This document shows, piece after piece, positions 1 through 8,199 of a stretch of 24,000 nt of DNA. Below the pieces are notes generated by a model. The model was not told the origin of the DNA and did no database searches. It was given only the letters and a program-made list of their open reading frames with translations. Within the stretch, counting starts at the first letter, position 1. Each line of letters begins with the position of its first letter. The stretch is from Kosakonia phage 305: the sequence record MZ348423.1. One strand, written 5' to 3'. The position numbers were made by a program, and so were the translations under genes.

Positions 1-150
1 TCAGATTTGTTGTGTAAACTGGTGGAAGTTAAAATCTTCCATGTCGTAAGGGCGAGATGACAGATACCACCCATCATTGAATTGGGATTTGATAACCAGG
101 CCTGAGTCTTTTGCGAACGCATCAAGTAAACAGGATGGCGCCTGTTGCAT
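1..150 (-). CDS. Small ORF, or the shifted-frame C-terminus of the neighbouring nuclease-like gene
   Basis: Read directly: ATG at 150..148 to TGA at 3..1, MQQAPSCLLDAFAKDSGLVIKSQFNDGWYLSSRPYDMEDFNFHQFTQQI. No usable SD spacing (AACAGGATG). Protein-like sequence continues past the stop of the 122..595 ORF in this frame. Confidence 0.45.
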   Translation of the reverse strand: MQQAPSCLLDAFAKDSGLVIKSQFNDGWYLSSRPYDMEDFNFHQFTQQI

Positions 151-595
151 CCTGTTTAGTGTCGAATATGATTATTAAGTCCGCAAGATTGCGCCCAAGG
201 AAGTGACCTAGATTGATTCCTGGAGATTTTGCCGGATAATCTCCTGACATACCAGTATTCACTGTAATGTACTGAGAATTTCTTTGATGTGTTTTTACTT
301 CAATCCTGACCCCATCTTTACCGACAACATCATATACCCACGACCAAGGGTTATCATGGTTCTCACGTCCAGTCGGTAAGAACCCATGAACCGCTTCGGC
401 AACAATTTGTTCAGCCATCAAAGCCGTTCTGCAACGACGAGCTACATCTTCTCTGTTTTGATTAGGGTCTTGTTCGAGTGAATAACGTATTGTGTCTTTA
501 ATTTTAGAAAGTACATGAGGCTTAATATCATCAGGCTTCATGTAAGTAGGAGATAGGCGCTGTAGCAGCGCCCAAGAATCACTGTTCCGAATCAT
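122..595 (-). CDS. Putative PD-(D/E)xK-like nuclease, possibly frameshifted at its 3' end
   Basis: 157-aa ORF with WVYDVVGKDGVRIEVKT (D...ExK pattern) followed by a hydrophobic ADLIIIFD strand; lies downstream of rIIB. Confidence 0.5.
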   Translation of the reverse strand: MIRNSDSWALLQRLSPTYMKPDDIKPHVLSKIKDTIRYSLEQDPNQNREDVARRCRTALMAEQIVAEAVHGFLPTGRENHDNPWSWVYDVVGKDGVRIEVKTHQRNSQYITVNTGMSGDYPAKSPGINLGHFLGRNLADLIIIFDTKQDATGAILFT

Positions 596-869
596 TTTCG
601 TCCTTAGGTGGATTTAAACCCTGTGAATGAGAACCATTGATGTACACATCTTCAACGTAAAGCGTTCCTTCATAACAACGGTCATTGAAGTTCAATTTGC
701 TCTTATCAAGAGTACTGAAGTCTACGCCAAAATAGAGGTCGTTGCAATAAAGGATTCCAGCACCATGTTTAATCTGAACGTCTTTACAATAGACGTTTTC
801 TGCATGATGATTACCATGCAATGTTGAGTGTTTGATGCCTGGTGTCAGGTCATTCATAGGGTTAATCAT
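579..869 (-). CDS. Hypothetical protein; internal Met (MINPMNDLTPG...) preferred as start
   Basis: Track ORF 579..920. Start at 869 avoids deep overlap with the gene beginning at 1068 and is followed by the compact MINPMNDLTPGIKHS... sequence. Confidence 0.6.
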   Translation of the reverse strand: MINPMNDLTPGIKHSTLHGNHHAENVYCKDVQIKHGAGILYCNDLYFGVDFSTLDKSKLNFNDRCYEGTLYVEDVYINGSHSQGLNPPKDENDSEQ

Positions 870-876
870 ATTTACC

Positions 877-1068
877 TCAGAATCGTGCGATACGTTTTTC
901 AAGAATATGTTGGTATGCACTCATTGTATCAAGCTGACGAAGAAGCAATTCTTTGTCCACAGAATCAAGAGATTTGAAAACCGCACCTACAGTAAATGCA
1001 CGAAGAGCATTAATTTTAAGGGTTAATTCAGAATGTTCATCAATAACACGAGATTGGAAACCAGTCAT
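877..1068 (-). CDS. Small phage protein resembling the widespread 'crAss001_48-related' helical family
   Basis: 63 aa, FQSRVIDEHSELTLKINALRAFTVG..FKSLDSVDKELLLRQLDTMSAYQHILEKRIARF; recognisable pattern E..L..KI..L..F...F..L...E..LL..Q...M..Y..IL..RI. Confidence 0.5.
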   Translation of the reverse strand: MTGFQSRVIDEHSELTLKINALRAFTVGAVFKSLDSVDKELLLRQLDTMSAYQHILEKRIARF

Positions 1069-1082
1069 TTAAAGTCCTTAAA

Positions 1083-1096
1083 GGGGCCGAAGCCCC
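1083..1096 (-). terminator. Hairpin with UUCG tetraloop downstream of rIIB
   Basis: Minus strand GGGGC-TTCG-GCCCC followed by TTTAAGGACTTT; 7 nt past the rIIB stop. Confidence 0.7.
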
Positions 1097-1103
1097 ATTC
1101 AAA

Positions 1104-2141
1104 TTAATAGCCACGAATTTCAGAAGTGAATTTCTCAGTAACATCTTCGAGAACTTCATACTGGCAAGTACGCATTTTAGCATCGCCGTAATCAACCGGA
1201 ATACTTACTACATCGCGTGGATGAACCTTAACTGATACGACACGAGAAGTACTGCAGCTAAAGTGTTTGATGTATGACTTAGAGCAAACATGCAGACCAT
1301 TTGAACAAGTTACTTCATCGTTATCGTTCACACGAGTACGAGGCATTTTAACCGTCTGGCCTGGACTATTATCAAAAGTGCCTGAGTGATGATCTTTATA
1401 GTCAGAACGAACAACTTTCCAACCAATGAAATGACCGTCTTCAGTGATTTCAATATCGTTAGCAACCAGGAAGTCAAACAGACGGCTTACAGCTTTCTGG
1501 CTTGGGTTTTCCAGCAGATTTTCCAGGAACGGCAGATAGAACTCGAAGTCTTCACCTTTGTTCATAGAATCAAGAATACGATCAACCAGACCTGAACGCA
1601 GTTCGATGTCCTGATAATACAGAGTACCATCTGCAATACGAACATCACCCTTAATGAACTCTTTAACAGCACGTTCGATGTTAATGGTGTCACGAGCCTT
1701 ACGAACCAGTTCTTGTTCTTCAGCGTAAGATTTACCTACAGACTGACTCAAGAAGGCGAAAGCGGCAGCAAAACCAGGATGGTCTTTATCAGCGTTCCAA
1801 GTTTCACGACCCTGAGTAATAGAGATGAACTTAGAGTTTGCGTTCCAGATAAAGGATGGCTCTGGGGTTTTAACAGAAATAGGTCCTACAGTCAAAGTCA
1901 CAGGACCAGTGATTTGCACAGAACCATCGCCTTTAGCAATGAAACGTCCTTTAGAATCACGAGCAGGGCCTTTCTTAATTACGACATTGCGTGTGGCAGC
2001 TTTAGCGGCTTTAATCACACGATAAATCGTATCACGTGATACACCATAATCATCAGCCAATTCTTGCTGAGTCTTCAGTTTAGCTTTATAAGTTTGAACA
2101 ATAGACAGCTTTTGATTTGCATTTAAACATTTAACAGTCAT
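1104..2141 (-). CDS. rIIB: RIIB lysis-inhibition accessory protein
   Basis: 345 aa; N-terminal HTH-like QQELADDYGVSRDTIYRVIKAA, characteristic body (HFIGWKVVRSDYKDHHSGTFDNSPGQTVKMPR...CSNGLHVCS); adjacent to rIIA. Confidence 0.93.
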   Translation of the reverse strand: MTVKCLNANQKLSIVQTYKAKLKTQQELADDYGVSRDTIYRVIKAAKAATRNVVIKKGPARDSKGRFIAKGDGSVQITGPVTLTVGPISVKTPEPSFIWNANSKFISITQGRETWNADKDHPGFAAAFAFLSQSVGKSYAEEQELVRKARDTINIERAVKEFIKGDVRIADGTLYYQDIELRSGLVDRILDSMNKGEDFEFYLPFLENLLENPSQKAVSRLFDFLVANDIEITEDGHFIGWKVVRSDYKDHHSGTFDNSPGQTVKMPRTRVNDNDEVTCSNGLHVCSKSYIKHFSCSTSRVVSVKVHPRDVVSIPVDYGDAKMRTCQYEVLEDVTEKFTSEIRGY

Positions 2142-2161
2142 TTACAGTTTCTCTTTTTAAA

Positions 2162-2177
2162 GGGCGATTACTCGCCC
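2162..2177 (-). terminator. Stem-loop at the rIIA stop codon, possible weak terminator
   Basis: Minus strand GGGCGA-GTAA-TCGCCC then TTTAAAAAG; the rIIA TAA is in the loop. Confidence 0.4.
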
Positions 2178-4351
2178 ATGATTTTTACAATTTCAGCTAC
2201 AGCATTGCCTTCCATATTATATCGATTACGCATATATTCGGAGACAACGATATTTTCGCCTTCAAACTTTTTGATACGGTCTGCTGCACGTTTGTCGGCA
2301 TATTCATTTAACTTACGTACGATATGCAACCCATTATAAACTTGGTCTTTATGGAGTGGATTCGTGTAAGCAATAATGTTTACTGGATTCAACCAAGACC
2401 TTAATGCAAACAGGTCTTTAGCTTCTTTAGAAGTTTTACCAGATTCAGTGAGATACTTCATCAAGAAACTTAGTTCAGGATATTTCTCAATATGTCTAGT
2501 GTAATTATAAGCTCGTCCACTTGTAGCAGTATAGTAGTCATAATCAACTTCATCAACCAACTCTACAAATTTATCACTGATTGCAGCCAGCATATCTTGA
2601 CACTGGTCTAACTTAATAATTTTCTTCTGAAGCTGTGGGCGAACAATATGGAACTCGGTGATGCCTAATACATCTGCACACTGGCAAATACCACCAAAGT
2701 TGTTCCATACGCCATATTCAGGTTCCATTGACACATAGTTATGGCCATTCTTAAACACTACCCAACCTTCGATATCTTCGGCATCAGCAGCATTATAGAA
2801 CAGTTCTTCTTCAGCCCATGAACCTTCTTTAGTTTTGTACCAACGAACTGCGCTTGGTGCTTTTGGTTTAGGCTGATATTCACGCTGAACAACCACTACG
2901 TAATCTTCTACAGCAGCAAAGAATTCAGACGTGTATTTGATAGTTACTGGGTCTTCACCCATTTGAATCAATACGTCAGGTAGAGTGTTCATTTCCAGTT
3001 CTGATTCTGGGTTAACAAACAGAACTTCTTCACCACTGTCAGGCAGCCATGGGTTCTCTTCAAGAATTTTCTTGGCTTTTTCATCTTTAGACCAACGAAT
3101 CGCAGCCAGAGCACGAACAGCTGGCAGACGTTGTTTCTTGCAGTCATCGATAATAATAGTCAGAGATTTGCGCTGGGTGCCAAACATATAATTAACACCA
3201 ATACCGCCTCGACCGCCATTAGACTTCAGGCGTTTCATTTTAGGGTCTGAACAGATTTCGTACACTACACCAGCATCAATGAAACGACTCTTAACATCAT
3301 ACTTAGCATAAAGCTGATTATACGTTCTGCCATTACAAAGTTTCTGATGGGTGTTTTGAAGCATACGGTTTGCATTATAGCCCAGACCACCTACTTCACG
3401 AACAACCTTACGTTCATGGGTACTTTCACGCCATTCTTTCAGGTCTTCTTCCATCACTCGTTTATCAAGATTAATAACACGAGATTTGATGTTTGCGATA
3501 GTCTGTTCATCAAGTGACAGTTCTTCACGTGACGCTGCGATATCCAGTTCGCCTAATGGGAACTTAATGAATACGACATCATTACGAGCACCAACCCAAG
3601 TATCACCAAGGCCAGGAACATCATTCAATGGATAAACGATAGAACCATAAACCGCAAACAAACCAGAACGTTCTTCATAAGTGTAATCAGTGTCTGGAAT
3701 TGCATAATACTCGTCGAATTCTGGGAAGAAACGTGGCTCAAGTTTAGAACCAACCAGATTTACTTTTGATTCGCCAAACGGACGAACAACATATTTGATT
3801 TCATCTTTCCAACGCTGGATATCTGCTGTCTTAACAGGAACCGTAATTTCCAGGCCAGTTTTATCATCTTCTTTCATATCTTCTTCAAACAGAAGACGAA
3901 TGACAGGCTCGCCATTATCAAGCATTGCCGTGTAGCCATACACTTTACCTTCGTGATAAGAAACAACGGTAAACGTATCTGTGTAGCTAAATGGAGATTT
4001 AGAACCAAGGCCTAATGCACCGATGAAGTCATTAGAGTTGTTCTTAGTTGATGCAAAGTAAGTCGTGTACAGGTTTTCCAGACCATCTTTAGACAGACCT
4101 GGTCCAAAGTCACGAATAATGAAACGTGGGTCCATTTGACCTGGCACGTTAATCTGGAATGCGCCTTCAAAACCATTCAGTTTATGAGCATCAAGACAGT
4201 TACATGCCAGTTCACGAACAATTGCACGAATCTTGTTTTTATACAGACCAGAAGAAAGGATTTTAAATGCCTTTGCACTTGTGGTGATTTTAAACTTGGT
4301 GTTTGCACCCTTACTGCCCAGTACTACTTCATCATCGCCTTGGATAATCAT
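2168..4351 (-). CDS. rIIA: RIIA lysis-inhibition accessory protein (GHKL ATPase-like N-terminus)
   Basis: 727 aa with IVRELACNCLDAH, DFGPGL and GLGSKSPFSYTDTF motifs; adjacent to rIIB. Confidence 0.93.
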   Translation of the reverse strand: MIIQGDDEVVLGSKGANTKFKITTSAKAFKILSSGLYKNKIRAIVRELACNCLDAHKLNGFEGAFQINVPGQMDPRFIIRDFGPGLSKDGLENLYTTYFASTKNNSNDFIGALGLGSKSPFSYTDTFTVVSYHEGKVYGYTAMLDNGEPVIRLLFEEDMKEDDKTGLEITVPVKTADIQRWKDEIKYVVRPFGESKVNLVGSKLEPRFFPEFDEYYAIPDTDYTYEERSGLFAVYGSIVYPLNDVPGLGDTWVGARNDVVFIKFPLGELDIAASREELSLDEQTIANIKSRVINLDKRVMEEDLKEWRESTHERKVVREVGGLGYNANRMLQNTHQKLCNGRTYNQLYAKYDVKSRFIDAGVVYEICSDPKMKRLKSNGGRGGIGVNYMFGTQRKSLTIIIDDCKKQRLPAVRALAAIRWSKDEKAKKILEENPWLPDSGEEVLFVNPESELEMNTLPDVLIQMGEDPVTIKYTSEFFAAVEDYVVVVQREYQPKPKAPSAVRWYKTKEGSWAEEELFYNAADAEDIEGWVVFKNGHNYVSMEPEYGVWNNFGGICQCADVLGITEFHIVRPQLQKKIIKLDQCQDMLAAISDKFVELVDEVDYDYYTATSGRAYNYTRHIEKYPELSFLMKYLTESGKTSKEAKDLFALRSWLNPVNIIAYTNPLHKDQVYNGLHIVRKLNEYADKRAADRIKKFEGENIVVSEYMRNRYNMEGNAVAEIVKIMGE

Positions 4352-4363
4352 ATTAATTTAGTC

Positions 4364-4582
4364 TCATTCACAATGTTTTTTGATAAGTTCTGCCACTTGA
4401 AGAAGTTCATCTTTAGTAGCGGTTTCTTTAAGTATTTTATTACGAATTTCTTTGAAGCATAACTTAAACTCAATAGCCAAGTCGATATCAAAGAAACGTT
4501 CTAGAATTCTATATTCACGGAAAACAGCGTCATCAAATAATTCCAGATTGACATTATAACTTCGCATTTGGTAATACCTCAT
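4364..4582 (-). CDS. Small protein in the rIIA.1 position
   Basis: Internal Met start MRYYQMRSYNVNLELFDDAVFREYRILERF...KKHCE, 72 aa, 12 nt upstream of rIIA. Confidence 0.7.
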   Translation of the reverse strand: MRYYQMRSYNVNLELFDDAVFREYRILERFFDIDLAIEFKLCFKEIRNKILKETATKDELLQVAELIKKHCE

Positions 4583-4871
4583 GTTGCTTATACTCAAGAG
4601 TAGAACCAATTTCACGAAGTATCTTACGCATGTTACCCATAGAAGCTTTGTGAGTTTGGTCATGATAAATCAAGTTCAGAACACTCTCCTGTTGTTCAGG
4701 AGTGAGCGCCTGGTTGTTTTTAATTTGAACGGCAATAGATTTAACGGCCTGAGCATACGCGCGCTTCCTGTCGGCGCCGCGCGTGCTATTCTTGGCCTTA
4801 CGTATTCCTGCCTCCATCACCACCAAAGCAAGATTATCTAAATTAACTATGCTATTGTCTGACATAACCAT
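4554..4871 (-). CDS. Hypothetical protein
   Basis: 105 aa, AGGA SD-like about 7 nt upstream of ATG; overlaps the next small gene by 29 nt. Confidence 0.7.
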   Translation of the reverse strand: MVMSDNSIVNLDNLALVVMEAGIRKAKNSTRGADRKRAYAQAVKSIAVQIKNNQALTPEQQESVLNLIYHDQTHKASMGNMRKILREIGSTLEYKQHEVLPNAKL

Positions 4872-4892
4872 AAACCGTTCCTATACAAAAAT

Positions 4893-4918
4893 GGGATGTA
4901 GTTATTACACCACATCCC
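4893..4918 (-). terminator. Rho-independent terminator
   Basis: Minus strand GGGATGT-N12-ACATCCC followed by ATTTTTG, just past the stop of the 4929..5105 ORF. Confidence 0.7.
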
Positions 4919-4928
4919 AAAGAAAGCA

Positions 4929-5105
4929 TTAATGGCTTAATGGACCCCATCCGCCTTCAATTTTATAAGCTTGCCCACGAACTTTAGTTAATGAACCATC
5001 CGGGTTTTCTACTGAAATAGTAACATATTGAGCAAAGAGAGGTTTCTCTTCAGCCCAAAGATAGCCAAATTCACCAGTAGCTAAAGTAATCCAATATTGT
5101 TTCAT
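4929..5105 (-). CDS. Small hypothetical protein not in the ORF track
   Basis: MKQYWITLATGEFGYLWAEEKPLFAQYVTISVENPDGSLTKVRGQAYKIEGGWGPLSH, 58 aa; GGAG SD (AAGGAGCTCATATG), terminator immediately downstream. Confidence 0.8.
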   Translation of the reverse strand: MKQYWITLATGEFGYLWAEEKPLFAQYVTISVENPDGSLTKVRGQAYKIEGGWGPLSH

Positions 5106-5115
5106 ATGAGCTCCT

Positions 5116-5143
5116 TATTACGAGGCAAAAATACCTCGTAATA
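5116..5143 (-). repeat. 10-bp perfect inverted repeat just upstream of the RBS of the 58-aa ORF
   Basis: Minus strand TATTACGAGG-TATTTTTG-CCTCGTAATA then AGGAGCTCATATG. Confidence 0.65.
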
Positions 5144-5147
5144 TTTA

Positions 5148-6989
5148 TTAACTCATCCAGACCTTACGTGGTGCAGGGTCTTTACCTAACAACATCTCAA
5201 ACTGTTCTTTCCAATCATCTGGCAACTGAACAACATCATACTTAGGATTCATAATCATCTGCTTATATTCAGATTTCTGAAGTGAACCAAGTCCTTTGAT
5301 GTATCGAATAGAATGTTTAGGCAATTTGTCTTTAGCTGCTTCATATTCTGGCAGATCATAGAACCATTTCTGTTCTTTGCCAATCTGAGCAATGATAACA
5401 GGAGTTTTAACAAATCGTACTCGACCTTCTTTATAAAGCTGTGGCCATTGAGTAAAGAATGCAAGAAGTGATGGGTAAATCGAACCAGTTCCATCGACAT
5501 CAGCATCGGTCATGATAGCAATATTACGATAACCCATAGAGCTGATATCTTCATCACCAATCGTCAGGCCTGTGATAGCACAGATATCAAAAGCTTCTTT
5601 GTTCTTCATGATATCAACACCGGACATACCCCATGTGTTCATAAATTTACCGCGCAATGGATAACCACCGTGCAGTTCACGGTCACGAACTTCAATTAGA
5701 TAACCGATTGCTGAGTCACCTTCCGTCAAGAACAATGTTGTGTCAGCATCTTTACCATAAAGGTTTGCTTTAATATGCTTTTGAACTTTTGCTTTGGCAG
5801 CTTTTTTATTGGCTTTAGTTTCAGCGGCCTTTTCAGCAGCCAATTTACGAGCCAATGCTGCTTCAACGATAGGCATAATAAGACCTTCGTCTTTCAAAAT
5901 AGCATTAGCAATTTTCTTGGCATCGATTTGGATATGGTTACGAATTTCACCGAATGGTGATGTCAAACGTTCTTTAGTCTGCGAATCGAAACGCATATTG
6001 CTCATATCACGAATGAACATCAACATCGTCAGACATTCTTTGACACGTGCTTTACTTACTTCGATGCCTTTATATTTCTTCTTAATGCCAGGCAGAAGAT
6101 GTTCACAGATATCATCAAACACACATTCAACATGGTGTCCACCATTCTTGGTATGAATGTTGTTCACATAAGTCAGATGACGGAAACCATCCGGGCTTGT
6201 TGCGAATGCCATAGAAACATTATCTGTTTCTTGAATAACAACGTTTTCACCGAATTGTTTAGCGAACTTTTTAAAGTTGCCATCTACTTTCTTACCATTG
6301 AAAGTAAATTGAATACCAGGATATATAACGGCCAGAGTTTGAAGGCGGTCCAGAGTAATCGCATGATACATGTCATTCAGTTCATTAGTTTCGAAATGTT
6401 CGAAATCAGGAATAAATGAAACGATTGTGCCTGTTTTAGCCTTCACATGTTCTTTCTTAGAGGCAGGAACCGATGCCCATGACTTGTTTTCCATGCCATT
6501 AGAACAACGTACGACAATCTCATTCTCGCCATCACAGGTAGCGCCAGCGAACATAACAGAGAAGATGTTGGTTAAACTACTACCGACACCGTTCATGCCG
6601 CCTGTCTTACGCTCAGCGTCATCACCGAAGTTACCACCAGCTTTTGGGATAGTCCATGCTGCTACTGGTCCTGGGATTTGTTGACCTGTCTGGTCTGTAA
6701 CCATCGCTTGTGGAATACCACGTCCGTTATCTTCGACAATAACTTTATTGCCTTTGATTTGAACGTCAATTTTATTCGCAAACTTAAAGTTTGTACGAAT
6801 AGCTTCATCGACGCTGTTATCAATGATTTCATCGATAAGTTTCACTAAACCCGGAACATAAGGAACAAATACATATGAACCGAACAGAAAACGTTCATGC
6901 TGCTCATTTGCACTTGAGCCGATGTACATCCCACTACGCTTTTTAATATGTTCAACGTCAGACAATACTTTAATTTCGTTCTTAATCAT
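5148..6989 (-). CDS. 39: DNA topoisomerase II large subunit, undivided (GyrB/gp39-type)
   Basis: 613 aa: IIDNSVDEAIRTNF, VEDNGRGIP, GMNGVGSS (GHKL); LFLTEGDSAIG and MTDADVDGTGSI (TOPRIM); GLGSLQKSEYK. Confidence 0.93.
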   Translation of the reverse strand: MIKNEIKVLSDVEHIKKRSGMYIGSSANEQHERFLFGSYVFVPYVPGLVKLIDEIIDNSVDEAIRTNFKFANKIDVQIKGNKVIVEDNGRGIPQAMVTDQTGQQIPGPVAAWTIPKAGGNFGDDAERKTGGMNGVGSSLTNIFSVMFAGATCDGENEIVVRCSNGMENKSWASVPASKKEHVKAKTGTIVSFIPDFEHFETNELNDMYHAITLDRLQTLAVIYPGIQFTFNGKKVDGNFKKFAKQFGENVVIQETDNVSMAFATSPDGFRHLTYVNNIHTKNGGHHVECVFDDICEHLLPGIKKKYKGIEVSKARVKECLTMLMFIRDMSNMRFDSQTKERLTSPFGEIRNHIQIDAKKIANAILKDEGLIMPIVEAALARKLAAEKAAETKANKKAAKAKVQKHIKANLYGKDADTTLFLTEGDSAIGYLIEVRDRELHGGYPLRGKFMNTWGMSGVDIMKNKEAFDICAITGLTIGDEDISSMGYRNIAIMTDADVDGTGSIYPSLLAFFTQWPQLYKEGRVRFVKTPVIIAQIGKEQKWFYDLPEYEAAKDKLPKHSIRYIKGLGSLQKSEYKQMIMNPKYDVVQLPDDWKEQFEMLLGKDPAPRKVWMS

Positions 6990-7013
6990 TTCATTTCCTC
7001 ATGTAGTAGGAGA

Positions 7014-7040
7014 ATAATATCCCATCTCATTAAAAGCAGA
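7014..7040 (-). promoter_or_regulatory. Putative MotA-dependent middle promoter of gene 39
   Basis: Minus strand TCTGCTTTT - 12 bp - TATTAT, upstream of an RBS (GAGG) and the gene 39 ATG. Confidence 0.6.
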
Positions 7041-7043
7041 AAA

Positions 7044-7058
7044 GGAGCACTAGGCTCC
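7044..7058 (-). terminator. Rho-independent terminator
   Basis: Minus strand GGAGC-CTAGT-GCTCC-TTTT; the TAG of the upstream ORF is in the loop. Confidence 0.65.
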
Positions 7059-7271
7059 CTTACATTTTTTGCATCGTGAATCATGCCATTGTGCAGCAGA
7101 CATCCCAGAAGCCAGATAAGCGCGAAATTCTTTCTTTGCTTCACGCTTTTGTTTATTCGTCATTGGAACCGGCCGATAATATGAAGATGCTTTACCACTT
7201 ACTTTCATAGTGAAAATAAATGCTGCACTACCGTTATATGGATGTTTACCATATGATTCATCGATTTTCAT
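7050..7271 (-). CDS. Small basic hypothetical protein with C-terminal CxxC
   Basis: 73 aa, ...WHDSRCKKCKGA; start overlaps the stop of the upstream ORF by 1 nt. Confidence 0.75.
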   Translation of the reverse strand: MKIDESYGKHPYNGSAAFIFTMKVSGKASSYYRPVPMTNKQKREAKKEFRAYLASGMSAAQWHDSRCKKCKGA

Positions 7272-7534
7272 TATTCGAACCTGATAGTAGAGTTCTTAAA
7301 CAGCATACCAGAACAAACGGCACCTTTAACAGGAATACCTGTAGGACCTTTAGCCGTGAAGCCTGTAGAGAAAGTATCTTTACTTGAACAAGCCAGCCAA
7401 TCGTAACCAGTGAATTGGATTTCAGTAAAACCGTTTGCTTTAAGAATTCTTTCAGCGCCGGCTTCGTCAGTACATCCTGACAGAATACCGATAGACAGAA
7501 CAGCAGCAATTAAACCCATTACGAATACTTTCAT
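7271..7534 (-). CDS. Putative small lipoprotein
   Basis: 87 aa, MKVFVMGLIAAVLSIGILSGC: signal peptide with an LSGC lipobox. Confidence 0.8.
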   Translation of the reverse strand: MKVFVMGLIAAVLSIGILSGCTDEAGAERILKANGFTEIQFTGYDWLACSSKDTFSTGFTAKGPTGIPVKGAVCSGMLFKNSTIRFE

Positions 7535-7626
7535 TTTTTAGTCACCTTAATAATTTTACCGCTGTGGAGTTTAATAACCCGGCTTTCGCCGGATTTCATA
7601 AAACGAATACGTGGTTTAGTGCCCAT
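7531..7626 (-). CDS. 31-aa basic mini-ORF, translationally coupled on both sides
   Basis: MGTKPRIRFMKSGESRVIKLHSGKIIKVTKK; start overlaps the previous stop (TAATG) and its stop overlaps the lipoprotein ATG (ATGA). Confidence 0.6.
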   Translation of the reverse strand: MGTKPRIRFMKSGESRVIKLHSGKIIKVTKK

Positions 7627-7802
7627 TAGTAATCACCACTTTTGAGCCCATCATAATGAACTGCTGGGGCAGAAACAACGCGTTTCATTTCGCCTTCACA
7701 GTTCAGGAACTTGCAAGGCTGTGGATTATCACGTTCAGAAATCTTAACATTCTTTTCTGTCTGTTCACCACATGCTTCACATTTATAATCATACAGAGGC
7801 AT
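7626..7802 (-). CDS. FmdB-like zinc-ribbon protein not in the ORF track
   Basis: MPLYDYKCEACGEQTEKNVKISERDNPQPCKFLNCEGEMKRVVSAPAVHYDGLKSGDY, 58 aa; MPLYDYKCxxCG...C...C pattern and V-SAPAVHYDG tail. Confidence 0.82.
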   Translation of the reverse strand: MPLYDYKCEACGEQTEKNVKISERDNPQPCKFLNCEGEMKRVVSAPAVHYDGLKSGDY

Positions 7803-8199
7803 CGATAAGTCCTTTCAACATAATATAAGCGGCATGGGCTTCTTCCATATTCGTAATGGTCAGACGAATTTCTGGAATAGCCAGGAGATTAGGAAATACA
7901 GTTTCATCTTCAGGCTTATTAGGATTAAGCCATTCAACAAAGAAACTCATTGCTTCATTTTTAGTAATATGACAGGAATAATTAATCGAATGTGCTTCGC
8001 TCAATTCGGCTGAAGTGATAACTTCCCCACCAAGAGTAGTGAATGTATTATAAATTCCTTCACTTTGAGAATAACCAAGTTTAATTGGACCGAGCTTATC
8101 AAAGACTTCAATAAGCTTGACATTTGCGCCACATGCACTCATGAAGCCTGCGCGGTCACCAATAACAAAATACTTATCTGCCGGTAGAATATTAATCAT
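7789..8199 (-). CDS. Hypothetical protein
   Basis: 136-aa ORF packed in the operon, 4-nt overlap with the upstream gene. Confidence 0.7.
   Translation of the reverse strand: MINILPADKYFVIGDRAGFMSACGANVKLIEVFDKLGPIKLGYSQSEGIYNTFTTLGGEVITSAELSEAHSINYSCHITKNEAMSFFVEWLNPNKPEDETVFPNLLAIPEIRLTITNMEEAHAAYIMLKGLIDASV

Noticed and set aside
5775-6684. Plus-strand ORFs antisense to gene 39 (5775..5960, 5794..6156, 6099..6419, 6370..6684)
   Set aside because: They are shadow frames of a strongly conserved coding region, with no RBS or promoter and unnatural compositions.
7258-7509. 83-aa minus ORF MLLFCLSVFCQDVLTK...
   Set aside because: Out-of-frame overlap with the lipoprotein ORF 7271..7534, which has a clear signal peptide and coupled start.
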